A DNA stretch of 64,000 nucleotides from Strigamia acuminata (Eukaryota): the NCBI GenBank assembly GCA_949358305.1, contig OX442314.1:18724001-18788000 (forward strand), in the 5' to 3' direction. The stretch's first letter is position 1, and every line of letters begins with the position of its first letter. Position numbers and translations under genes: made by a program. The notes under the pieces are model-generated. The model made no database searches and was not told the DNA's origin. It saw only the letters and a program-made list of their open reading frames with translations. Positions 27,737-40,700 of this stretch are shown here, in pieces.

Positions 27737-28744
27737 ATGAAATTTTTTAAAGCTTTATCAACCAAAAAGTGTTTTAAATTTCTTTTACAGTCTAAAAGAC
27801 AAAACTTTGTTAGTGAAAAATCTATTTTAGCAAAGATTGTATTATAAAATCTGAAAGGAAAAAAAAGATTTGAAGTCTTGAATAAATTGTCTTTAATATT
27901 TGCTGTTACAAAGTATTGGTGAACGAATTTTTATTTATTTGCTTAGGTACAAATACAATTTTCAAAATGTTAAAGCGTCTGTACAAAGTAAATTGCTATA
28001 AAAGCTGTATTAATTAACTGTACAATTATGGAAGAACTAACAAGAAATAGTTAAGAATCTTAAGCTTAAGAGGTAGACAAGATTTTTGTGCTTTAAAGAA
28101 GTTAAATGAAATACCCAGCAGGTTTACTATTGCTAAGAATATATTAGTCAAGCGTCCATCAAAGCTCCCATGCATCCATTGTGTGAAACAAATGAAATGG
28201 AAAAATAAAACTCATCTAAAATTCTATTAATCGTAAGATATTCGCTAGTTTAGTTAGTCAATAAAGTTGTGTTTAAACTGGTAAAAATCTACGAGTAGGA
28301 AATTAAAAATCTTCGATTTGAAGATTTAATTTTCATCAATAACTTTCGCCTGTGTAATAGCATAGACTGTGCTAACGCCTAACGGAGTGAATTTCAAATA
28401 ATTCCACGATTGTATAAAAGATTAAGATTTTCTCAAGCAATAAAGCTCAATTCACTCAACTACTTTTTAAGCAAATTGTAATTGTAACCTTCCATCTCAA
28501 AATTCACAAATTAATTTCCCCGGACACCACGATCCCTCCAATCTGTATACATTTTAAATCTACGATCATCGACATCTAAGATTTAAAGATATAATAATAA
28601 TCTATGTAGAACTACGGAAGCGATAAGAGGAAAAAAGTATCTCAAACATCAACCATTACAATTCGTGTAATTGTTTTGACGTATAATGGCTGCAATTGAG
28701 CTCCTGCCTTTAAATCTGCCCCTGATTGATGAATTTATGTCTTC

Positions 28745-31700
28745 TCAACGATTTGAAACAACCATCCATTGCATTAGTGCAGCATCGGTGCCCCCAGCAG
28801 TAATGAGGAAACTGTCATCGTACAGGAAGCGAACAGACGTCACGCGACTAGTGTACGGCTTAATTTCATGATAATCCGCCTATACAAATTGTTAACTCCA
28901 TAGTTAACTCAAACTTCGACTTAAAATCAGTTTACCTTCGGACTAATGCAGGGGTATCTAAATAGTCGCACGTAACCTTCGTCATCTGCAGCAGCTAGGA
29001 GTTTGTTCGACGATGACACGTGACTCGAAGTAATTAAGCCTGGGATCCTTTGATTAATGTTGTTCCACACGCCTAGATAAAATAATATTATTTTAAAAAT
29101 ATTGTATTTAAAATTTTTTTTAAAAAAAATTATATAAATACCATTAATGCTGTAACCCAATGTACATGTAAAACGGTTCCACCTGACATCACGCATTGTA
29201 GAAGGCAATTTTTCTTGTTCAAAATTTGCAATATACCCTAAATGTGAAAATTAAAACATTTTGTAAATATGTTTCACAAGTCGTATCAAATGTTTACAAT
29301 AAATTAGGTCGTAATCGTCAGTGTCGCTTTGTAGATATCTACCGTCTTGTGAATAATCAATATTCCGCAGCGTGTCATTTCCCTTAAAACATTTTTTTAA
29401 AAAATAGTAATAATTAGACCGCGAATTTGTCAACAGGAAATTGGAATTACCCTCATAACATTTCGTCTTTTGTACACGAATCCAGAACTCGTTACAGAAT
29501 ATAAATAAATATTGCCATCTTTGTTACCAACCGCTAATTGTGTTCCATCTGAAATAAACAAATCGTAAATATTTTTTTTGACAAAGATATTAATTAAACT
29601 CACCTTTGTTGTACGACATACAACAGACAGGTGATTTGCTGACATTAATCGATGTGATATGCATTCCCGTGTCAGCATTGAGAGCAATAATGTGGCCATC
29701 TTGAGTCCCTGCCACCACGACCAAATCGGATGGATGAAAAGCCAAAGCTGTACATTCAGTCTGTTAAATAAATTAAAACTTAAAAACTCAAACGCACCAA
29801 TCAGTTTCTCATCAAATTACCTCAATCTGAGCTCGCCATTGCAACCTGTGCATCGTCCATTTACACACAGCTTTATCTTCACCACCAGTGGCAAACGAAG
29901 CAAAATCTGGATCAGTAGCCAATGCCAACAAACTCTTAAAATGACCCTTTTCAACAAAAAAAAATTATATTTTTAACAAAATCAAAAGCAAAAATGATAT
30001 TTCAACAAATAATACCTGAACTGTTATAGCAAATCTTCGATATAAAGATCCCTCTACGATAATATTACGCGTCGTACCAACAAACACGCTCGAATCTTCA
30101 GCTGTAATGCGTTGAGGGCATAAAGTTCTTACGCCACCGGTAGTATCGGGAAGCTTAAATTAAATTTGAGTAAAGAATTTATTTTTTTGATTTTATTTGA
30201 ACATTGATTCGCTCACCATAGTCGTTGCCATCAATTTATATTGCTTCACATTTCTCCACGCTTTAATGTAACGATCGTTCCCACCGGAAAGCAGAGTTCC
30301 GTCGGCCAAAACAAGAAGTGAATTTATTCCTCTCTATTTAAGCGAAATTTACAAATATAAGTTGACTAAAACTCTCAATTCTTGTCAATTCACACCTGAT
30401 GTGCTTGAAATTCTTTGTATAATCTGAAACTGCCATCACCGCTATCGGTCCAAACAGATATCGCGCCTGATGAATCGCCAGCGATTACATCACCATCTTC
30501 ATCAAATTCGAGGCATAAAATATTATCACCCTTGAAATAATTAAAATAATAAAATTGTTATTTCGTTTTTCTTTTTCCTTTTTTTAAAAAAAAAAATTCC
30601 TTTCTCGAAATAAACGTACAATTGTTTTCATTAATTCATTCTTCTGAAACATGCCATCTTTACGACGTCGCCAAGCAGTTAAGTGCGCACGACCAAAAGT
30701 AATTATAACGTTGTCATCGTGGGGATGGAATTTACCGCCATTAACTTCCCTCGTGTACGTCTAAACATTAAAAAAAATTATTGTTAAAATTCTCTACATA
30801 AAATATGTGCAATAGCGAATACATACGGTTGTTCTTCCTAAAACTCGTTCGTGCTTCCAATCCCACATAGAGAGAACATGGTCCGAGCTGTCATCCATTA
30901 CCATTAAATAACTACCTTCATTCTAAATAAAATAATAAAAACAAAATTTATCAAAACCATAAAATGAGAGAACAGTTGAGAGACTCCTTGCATTTATTTA
31001 CCTGTCTGGAAAATGCCAGTGCTCCGACTCCGTTATCAACTTCATTTACTCCAATGATGGTCAAAGTTGTCAAATTGAATACATCCCAGACACGAATATG
31101 GGCCTGAATAAAAATACATAAATATTTATTTACACTAAACACAAAAAGGTTTAATTTTTTTTAATTTTAAAAAAAATACCATGCCGGTTTTTCCTTTTCC
31201 TTCTTTCTGTCCAGTCGCGCACGTGTCCGCGTTGTTTGTTAAAGCCAAACTGAAAGAAAAGCATTTTTGAGTATTTGCTGCAGATAAATTTCACAAAATA
31301 ATTCAAACTGTCTGAATATTTGAAAACGGAAGTTGGATTGACGGAAGCTAAGCAGAAGCGCAATCTGGTGACAAATCACCCAAGTAAGATACCGGTTGCA
31401 AAATCTACTGAGGTGCGATTAGACGAGGGTTATATTCGATTGACTTGCCTTTAATCAATTTCAGTGTATCCATTCAAGTACGTCGGTTATTTATACATAC
31501 ATTTTTCAACGTTTTAATTATCAAGATGTTTTATTTGACAGAATCGCAGCTAATGAACTAAAATTTGTCATGGAACCGCGAACTCACAACACAAGCGTTT
31601 CCCGCGCTGATACCGCACGACTCGACAGTAACCGTAAGTATTGACTTACGAGGATAGAGTTTTGTTAAAATAACAATCACATTGACCATTTTTTATTGCG

Positions 31701-34700
31701 TCTTCTAGAGACCAATGTGCAGTGGACGTTCCCAGATATCAAACGATTGTTGAACCAAATCAAAAAGCATCTCCCAGATAAAGATTCCATCAAATACTCA
31801 ACCGCAATTAACTTGCTTGACTGGAATAAACTTAAATTCAACACGTTCACCGGAGCAGACTGCAAGGAAAAATTATTGGAGTTACTCGAGAGCACCCGTT
31901 GTTTTCGAACATTGTCAGAAATTGTAAATGATGCGGAAAAGATTTTCGTTTTCAAAGAAAAAGGGGTTGCGAACGTCGTGAACGAAGAATTTGAAAGGGA
32001 ACAAACACCCGCACAAAAAAATGCGGTTTCTGAGGCCTTCACCACCCCGCAGCAAATTCCAATTGAGACGCAAGCGAATACAATTACCTTAAGAAATCGT
32101 GTTATTTTAATGGACAGACAAGATGCCAACAACCAAAGTGCAACCAAAACGCCGAAATTATTTTTAAACTCGAGAAGATCGAATGGTAAAGAACTTGCCA
32201 AAAACACGGAAGAAATGGACACGACGCAAGGGGAAGAAGGCGAGGGAACCGAACAGGACGACGTAGACAATAAATTCAATGTGTCGTTGCAGAATATTTT
32301 GAAGCACACAAATTGGTCGCAAGTTGTGGTCAATTGTGGGGATAAAATCAGCAAGCAACCATCACTGCCAACTAAAAAAGCACCCGTCAAAAAGGGCAAA
32401 ACGAAACCGAAATCACGAAAAAAAATAGCCAAGCGCAAGTACGCGAAAAGTAGCATCAAACGACCTCTCGTTCCATTTATACAATATTTTTGCGCGGAAA
32501 GGAAGAAATTGAAGAGGGACTATCCGGACCTTACCGTAAATCAATTAGCCGCGTTAGCTGGACAACTGTATCAGCAGTTGCCAGTATCACAGAAAGAAAT
32601 ATACCGGCGAAAATATCACGAGCAGAAAGCAATTTACGACGAAAAAATAAAAGAGATCGAAACGAATGGGAAAAGAAAAAGCGAATCCGAGCAAGATAAT
32701 GTGAAACGAGTGAACAATTCTACCGAGGATTTTATCGATGCCACAGGAATTGCGGAAAATGTTGTTATAGGTGAACTGGAGGTTGAAATGGGCGATACCT
32801 TAATCCCGGTGGAAGACATTTTAGCACCGGCTGTCGACATTCCGATTAAAGCTGAGAAGACCGAAGAAACGGATATGTTGGCTAATATACAATCCACGGA
32901 TGTTGGGAGAGACTATTGGGGTTTACTGTGGTACGCGGATGAGAATATGGGTAAGTTGTCCCATACGAAATTGGAAGACAAGATGGATGTGATGTACAAT
33001 TTGTGGCGCAGCTTGGAAGAAGACGAGATGGAGGAGTATATTACGAAGGCTTTGAAACTGCCGTACGAAGCCAGAGAGAAAATGCAGGAAAGGGTTTTGA
33101 GTCAAGTCAACATGACTTCTTATACACCTAAAACAACTGCGAAATGAGTTTTATTTGAATCACATGTTTTATCATGAATTAACATTTTGTACTTTCACCT
33201 TTGGAATAAAAATGTTTTGTAATTTTAATCTCATTTATTTTTTCGAATTAATTATGAAGAAAATAAATTTGGAAAAATAAAATGTATTTTAAAATTTTAT
33301 AACTTTTTTTTTCTGGCTTTTCTGTGGCGTAATTTTATAGCTCACTGCCAGCTGTGCACTTGGATGCAGTCAGAACTGTTGTTTACCTTTAAATATCTTT
33401 GGACTTTGCAAAAATAGTTTTAAGAACATCATGCACGAGAAGAAAATTTTAGAAATTATTGTTTTGTAATTTTTATTATTGTTTTAATAAAACTAAGTGA
33501 AAGATAAGAGGTTTTCCAGCAGGAAGTAGTAGTGATATTTCCGGAGGAAGATAATAACAGTCGGAAAGGTACTAAACACTTGCGTACAGGCTAGCTTTGA
33601 ATAATATTATTTTTTAAGAAATGGAAATTTGTCGGAAATCGGAAATCTTCTAATTGCGCATCTGCTTGCTATTTCCAAAATAAATTTTTGTCCCGCGCGG
33701 TAAAAGAAGCCCGCGGGAAATTAGAAGACATTTGTTGCAATGTCTAGGACTTACCACAAAGCTACAGCTTGGGGTCTTAAAAATATTTTTTGTTTGCTTT
33801 TTCTTGGACAAGTTATTTTAATCAATATTAAAACTTTTGCACGTGTCTTCTTTAAAAAGGACATTTTTGTAGTTCATGTAATTCGGTACCAAATCGTTTT
33901 ATTGATTTATAGATTGATTGAATGCCGTTTTATCAAAATTCGTTTTCTCTAATTCTATAAAACGATCGTTTTTCTTTTACTTTTCTTCTTATATTTATTT
34001 CATTCTATACAATATTTTATAAGTTGGGGCTTCGAAGTCCGGCACATTGTCTTTTGTTGCACAAGGGCGATTTACAGTTGTTTACTACTGGAGTGTCATA
34101 TTACAGTTATAGACACCAGATGGGGCAGGGTTTATTTTTTCAATTTGTAAGAGGTTAAAGAATTTAGAGAGCAACATGAGGTCATGTGATGCGATTCCAT
34201 CACTTAAATTCGAACTTTAAACAGTGGAACAACGATCTGCGTGAGCAAGCTGTAAGATATCAGAAACGAACAATCAATTATTATTTTCTTTTCATTGTTT
34301 TTTTTTCTCTTGTTTTTCGTACCCTCGTACGAGTCCCTCAAACATTTCCGAGTGTCAAATTACTGAAATCAGAATTCGCTTTTGTTCTCTTGCGTTTCGG
34401 TTTTATAATTCAGCGTCCAACGCTGTAATAAGCAATGTAATAACATATTACTGTAACAATATGATTTTTAACCTTGTACTTTCTTAGATGACAACGATCA
34501 CATCCCTTAATTCAAACGTCTCGGCAAAAGACATCAACCTCAACAACAGCAGAAATGGTAAGCCTAAATTGCTTTATACGGTACTACTTTTAAAAACAAA
34601 TGAATCAATACCGATTGTCTTTCACCTACAGTCAATAAGGAGTGGACTTTTCAAAATATTCATCATCTGCTCAAAACAGCCAAGGAACTCCTTCCTAAAA

Positions 34701-37700
34701 ATGACATACTAAAATATACAACTTCAGTCAACTTATTGGACGGGGACAGGCTCAAATTCGGTTTATTCACCGCTAATGATTGCAGAGACAAATTGTTGGA
34801 AGTGACCGAAATGTTGCGTCGGCACCGAACTCTGAGTGAACTTCTGATTGATGCCGAGAAATTGTTTAACGTTCCTTCCGTCAACGATACGACTTCCACC
34901 ACCGTTGTTTCTGCTGCGAATTTACAATTAACTGAAAATATTGAAAACCCAACGGCGACATCAAATAAAATGGAGCTCAGCTTGACCGTAAGAGATACAA
35001 GAGGTGAACTAACAGAAGATGATGACGATCTTGAAGTTCTTTTTGAAAAATTACCGGTACCAGTGCAAAATATTTGTACTCAAACGAATGTGAATTCCGT
35101 AGGACATGATATTATTGGAAAGGGTCAGTTTAATGTGGAGTTAGAGAGGGTATTGACCCAAACTAATTGGTCTCGAGTTGTCGTTAATTGTGGAGAAAAG
35201 GTTGATGCACACATGGAAAAAATACAGGAAACAACCACGTCAAAGAAAGTCTCGTTGGGAAGTAGTGCTTTAAATAACAAGAATCAAATGAGTGACGCTT
35301 CAAATCAAAAGTCAGTAATGAAGGTTGTTGATTCAATGAAGAATTCACTCATGAAAAGATTAGAGAAGATTTCATCGAAGAAAAAGTTACCGAACAGAGA
35401 TGCTGCGATTACTGATGTAAAACGACCCGTTTTACCGTTTATACAGTTTTATCTTGAAGTGAAAGATAAGTTAAAGGAGAAACATCCAGAAGTTAGAGTA
35501 GCAGAGTTAGGATCACTAGCTGGGAAAGAATATAGAAAGCTGCCTCTTGCGCAAAGAGAAATATACCGAATGAAGTATTACAAAGAGAAAAAAGCTTATT
35601 TACAAGCTATGCAGAAAGCCCAGGTGACTGGAAAGAAAAATTTAGAAATAACTAATTGCACAAGCAAAAACAAAATTAAAACCAATTCAACAGACAAGAA
35701 TAAAAAACAAGCTGTCCAGGAGAAAGTTAAATCTGGAAATAATAGCAAAGCAATTGCTGCGAACAAGAAGAAAGGAAGAAAACTTCCGCAGAATGAAAGA
35801 ATACATTGGGGTATTTTGTTTTATGCAAAGGAGAATTTAGATAACTTAATTAACACGAAAGCTGAAGAGAAGATGACTGCCGTTTTCAACACGTGGAAAA
35901 GCTTAGACGATGATGACAAAGAGGATTACATTCAGAAAGCATTACGATTAACCTACGCTGATCGAGAAAAAATGGAACAAACTGTTAAAAATAAAGCAAA
36001 ATGGGATACCCTCACCATGTAACATCTCTAATATAGTAATAATAGTAATAGTAATAGTAATGTAGTAATAATATAGTAATATATTATTTTTGTACGAATT
36101 CTTATAGTTTTTACTTTTATATAAAAATAACAACATTTAATATCTAATTTAATTATTCATTTAAAAATGTGTAATTGTAAAATGTATAAATGTACCAGCT
36201 GGGGAGGCTTTTAGCGTGTTAGTTACACAATTTACACATTATGGGCCATCAAGTAGAATATCACCATTGATAATGTGTAAGGAAAGCAGAAATATAATAG
36301 ATATTAAAAGTCTTGATCAGTAAATGCAGGAAATTACGACAGATAAAGATTGACTTTTGCACTTCAATTTATGGTGATAATTTTATTTTAATTTTGGTAT
36401 TTATACATCATGCACGAGAAGAAAATTTTAGTAGTTATTGTTTTGTAATTTTTATTATTGTTTGAATAAAACAAAGTGAAAGATTAAGAGGTTTTCCAGC
36501 AGGAAGTAGTAATGATATTTCCGTAGGAAGATAATAACAGTCTGAAAGGTTCTAAACACTTTCTACAGGCAAGCTTTGAAGAATATTATTTTTTAAGAAA
36601 TGGAAATTTGCCGAAAATCGGAAATCTTTTAATTGCGCATTCGCTTGCTACTTAAAAAATAATTTTTTTGCCCCGCGCGGGAAATTAGAAGACATACCGG
36701 TACGTTACAATGTCTAGGATGTTGGCGACGGCGACCCTCACTACTCGCCCTTTTATCGTTTCAGTGCCAGACTTGCCACAAAGCTAGATAAGCTCAATAA
36801 GAGTGTCAAAAATATTTTTTGTTGCTTTTTCTAGGACAAGTTATTTTAATCAATGTTAAAACTTTTGCACTTGTGTCAAATTACTGAAATCAGACATCGC
36901 TTATGTGCTCTTGCGTTTCGGTTTTATAATTAAGCGTCCAACGCTATAATAAGCATTGTAATAACATATTACTGTGTGACGGTATAAAAAGACCGTAAGA
37001 TTTAATTGCAATAAAGTTTTACTTTTACCCTTTTTTATATGCTTTATGAGTCCTAGGCGTATAAGCTATTTTTTAGTTTGGAAAGTAGCAGACGCCATCT
37101 TGTGCGCGCTGCACAAGGAAGCCAACTCCTAGTCTTTGCCTCTTCTAGTGTGTTGTTGATCTACTCCCTTATTCTTAAAGACCCCTTTCCCCTCTTTCAT
37201 TCAAACGCTCATCTCTCAACCCCCTGCGGAGTTTACAAGTCAAAAACCTCAAATTTTGACAATTACTCAAACTGCAAATTCTTTTCGAAACTAAGCAAAT
37301 ATTTAATACATACTTGCCATCCAAAAAAGCATATCCTTTTGCAACTTACATTTCGGGACTGTCTATGTAAAAATGCTCTCATTAAATCTATTTCTGATCA
37401 TTTTACATTTTTTTCAAATTTTTTAATGATAATCGCTCTAAAAATGTGATAACTCTTAAGTTTGTTCTTTTATCTTGACACTTTCAACCAATTTGATAAA
37501 TTATTTAAAGATGATTTTACTAAAAATCAAGCATTTTGGTAAGGTTTGTAAGCCTTTGGCCCTAACTACAACACGTAACACCTATGTGCAAATTGCCCTG
37601 TTTTTGTTACCTTACCATTTAAATATTACCTGTCCTGTTTTCCAAAAAACCCCTTTGCCGGCCCAATGTCGCCAGACAAGCCAATTACGAAAATATTAAC

Positions 37701-40700
37701 AAAAGTTTGAACTTTGCCATAACCTTTCCCCTTGAAAATCTCCAAAGTTATATAGACCTCTGCTTTCCAAACCTACTCACTTTTGAAGCGTTTTCCTACT
37801 GCAAACAACTGCACCAGAAAACCACCTTCCAAGTGTCCACTCCGAATTTAGAAGGGCTAATTCGATCGATTCGTACTCTTCACTGACGGTAAGCCAAGTT
37901 ATATTTGCATACATTGCTGATAATTGAGAAGTTAGTATTCATTATTTCGCGTTAAGCCTTTCGATAATATCAATCATTAAGTTTGAGTTTTCTTTGCTTC
38001 CCTCAGAAGTTAAGAATTTTGTAGCTTAGTTTAGACATTTCTAATTAAATCTTCAAAATAAATTAGGCTCAGTGTTCTGAGAATTATTAGAAAGAATTTT
38101 TGAAATTGATTAAAGATCTTTTAGGGTATTTTTTCTAGTTACAGTAGCTAACTGCAATTTGCCAGTTGAATACCGGTAGCTAATAATTTCTTATACTGTC
38201 TATATTCGATTTCCCGTCCTTTTGACAGGAAGTTGTCTGCTTATTGTTTGGATATGATTTATTGGCCCCCCCCCGAAAGACTGCCCCCCCCCCCCCCGAA
38301 AAAAACTGAATTTCCCCCCGAAAAAAAATAAACTGAAAAAAACCCAAAAAACATAAGAAGTATAAATTATTGTACTACAAGTGCCTTTTTAGCTTTAGAA
38401 GGCCTACCACGTTTTCTTTTTTGTCCCAGAGGGACATTTTTCGCCTCAAGTGGAACAGTATACAGCTACTCACCAATCGCTATTCCTAAAATATGTTTAC
38501 ACGTATACGTCTTAAAAAAAATCGGCAATGTACTGTACATGTCCCTTCATCTAATTTGTTACTTTCTATGGTAACAAGCCGTAAACGTCGCGCGTACGTA
38601 ATCTCAAAAACGTATGACGTTCGTATATGAACATTCGGTAAAAAAGGTGGTAAAAAGGTTTTTTTGGGGGGTGGTAAAAGCGGGGGAAAATTCTGTCTTT
38701 TTGGGGGAAAATTCCTGGAAAAAAAAGGCAAAAGGTTTTTTAGGGGGGTGGCAAAAGCGGGGGGAAAATTAATTTTTTGGGGGGGGGGGGAATTAAGTCT
38801 TTTTGGAGGGCGAATAATTTACCCCCTTATTGTTTATATTCAGGTTGTGGCTTGGTAGCCATTTGGACACTTTGTTTTTTGTTGCACAAGGGCGATTGAA
38901 AATTATTTACTACCGTGGTGTCATATTACAGTTATAGACTACAGATGGGGCAGTTTTTATTTTTTCAATTTGTAAGAGATTTAAGAATTTAGACAGCAAC
39001 ATGTGGTCAAGTGATGCGATTCCATCACTTACAAGTTAGATCCGAACTTTAAACAGTAGAACAACGATCTTCGTGAGCAAGTTGCAACGTATGTCAGAAA
39101 CAAACAATCAATTATTATTATTTTCTTTTTATTGTATGTTTTTCTCCTATTTTTTCGTACCCTCGTACGAGTCCCTCAAACACCTCCTAGTGTCAAATTA
39201 CTGAAATAAGAATTCGCTTTTGTTCGCTTGCGTTTCGGTCGTATAATTCAGCGTCCAACGCTGTAATAAGCATTGTAATAACATATTACTGTAACAATAT
39301 AATTTTTAAAATATTAACCTTGTACTTTATTAGATGACGACGATCACATCCATTAATTTAAACGACTCGGCGGAAGACATCAACCTCAACAACAGCAGAA
39401 ATGGTAAGCCTAAATTGCTTTATACGGTACTACCTTTCAAAACAAATGAATTAATACCGATTGTCTTTCACCTACAGTCAATAAGGAGTGGACTTTTCAA
39501 AATATTCATCATCTGCTCAAAACAGCCAAGGAACTCCTTCCTAAAAATGACATACTAAAATATACAACTTCAGTCAGCTTATTGGACGGGGACAGACTCA
39601 AATTCGGCTTATTCACCGCTAATGAGTGCAGAGACAAATTGTTGGAAGTGACCGAAATGTTGCGTCGGCATCGAACTCTGAGTGAACTTCTGATTGATGC
39701 CGAGAAATTCTTTAACGTTCCTTCGAACAACGAAACGACTTCGAGCACCGTTGTTTCTGCTGCGAATTTACAATTAACTGAAAATATTGAAAACCCAACG
39801 GCGACATCAAATAAAATGGAGCTCAGCTTGACCGTTAGAGAGACAAGAGGTGAACTAACAGAAAATGATGACGATCTTGAAGTTCTTTTTGAAAAATTAC
39901 CGGTACCAGTGCAAAATATTAGTACTCAAACGGATGTGAATTCCCTAGGACATGATATTATTGGACAGGGTCAGTTTAATGTGGAGTTAGAGAGAGTATT
40001 GACCCAAACTAATTGGTCTCGAGTTGTAGTTAATTGTGGAGAAAAGGTTGATGCACACGTGGAAAAAATACAGAAAACAACCACGTCAAAGAAACTCTCT
40101 TTAAGAAGTAGTGCTTTAAATAATAAGAATCAAATGAGTGACGCATCAAATCAAAAGTCAGTAATGAAGGTTGTTGATTCAATGAAGAGTGCATTCAAGA
40201 AAAGATTAGAGAAGATTCCATCGAAGAAAAAGTTACCGAACAGAGATGCTGCGATTACTGATGTAAAACGACCCGTTTTTCCGTTTATACAGTTTTATCT
40301 TGAAGTGAAAGATAAATTAAAGGAGAAACATCCAGAAGTTATACATAGAGAGTTGGTGTCACTAGCTGGGAAAGAATATAGAAAACTGCCCCTTGCGCAA
40401 AAAGAAATATACAAAATGAAGTATTACGAAGAGAAAAAAGCTTATTTACAAGCTATGCAGAAAGCCCAGGTGACTGGAAAGAAAAAGTTAGAAATAAATA
40501 ATCGTACAAGCAAAATCAAAATTAAAACCAATTCAACAGACAAGAATAAAAAACAAGCTATCAAAGAAAAAGTTAAATCTGGAAATAATAGCAAAGCAAT
40601 TGCTGCGAACAAGAAGAAACCTCTGCAGAAAAGAAGAAATTATTGGGGTTTTTTGTTTTATGCAAAGGAGAATTTATATAAATTAATTAACACGAAAGCT

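Noticed and set aside
31677..32459. 260-aa minus-strand ORF inside the DCX-EMAP intron
   Set aside because: Antisense shadow of UBF-like copy 1. It is not needed for the EMAP reading frame.
38486..38858. Pro/Gly-rich short ORFs
   Set aside because: Artefacts of G/C homopolymers in the MITE-like element.
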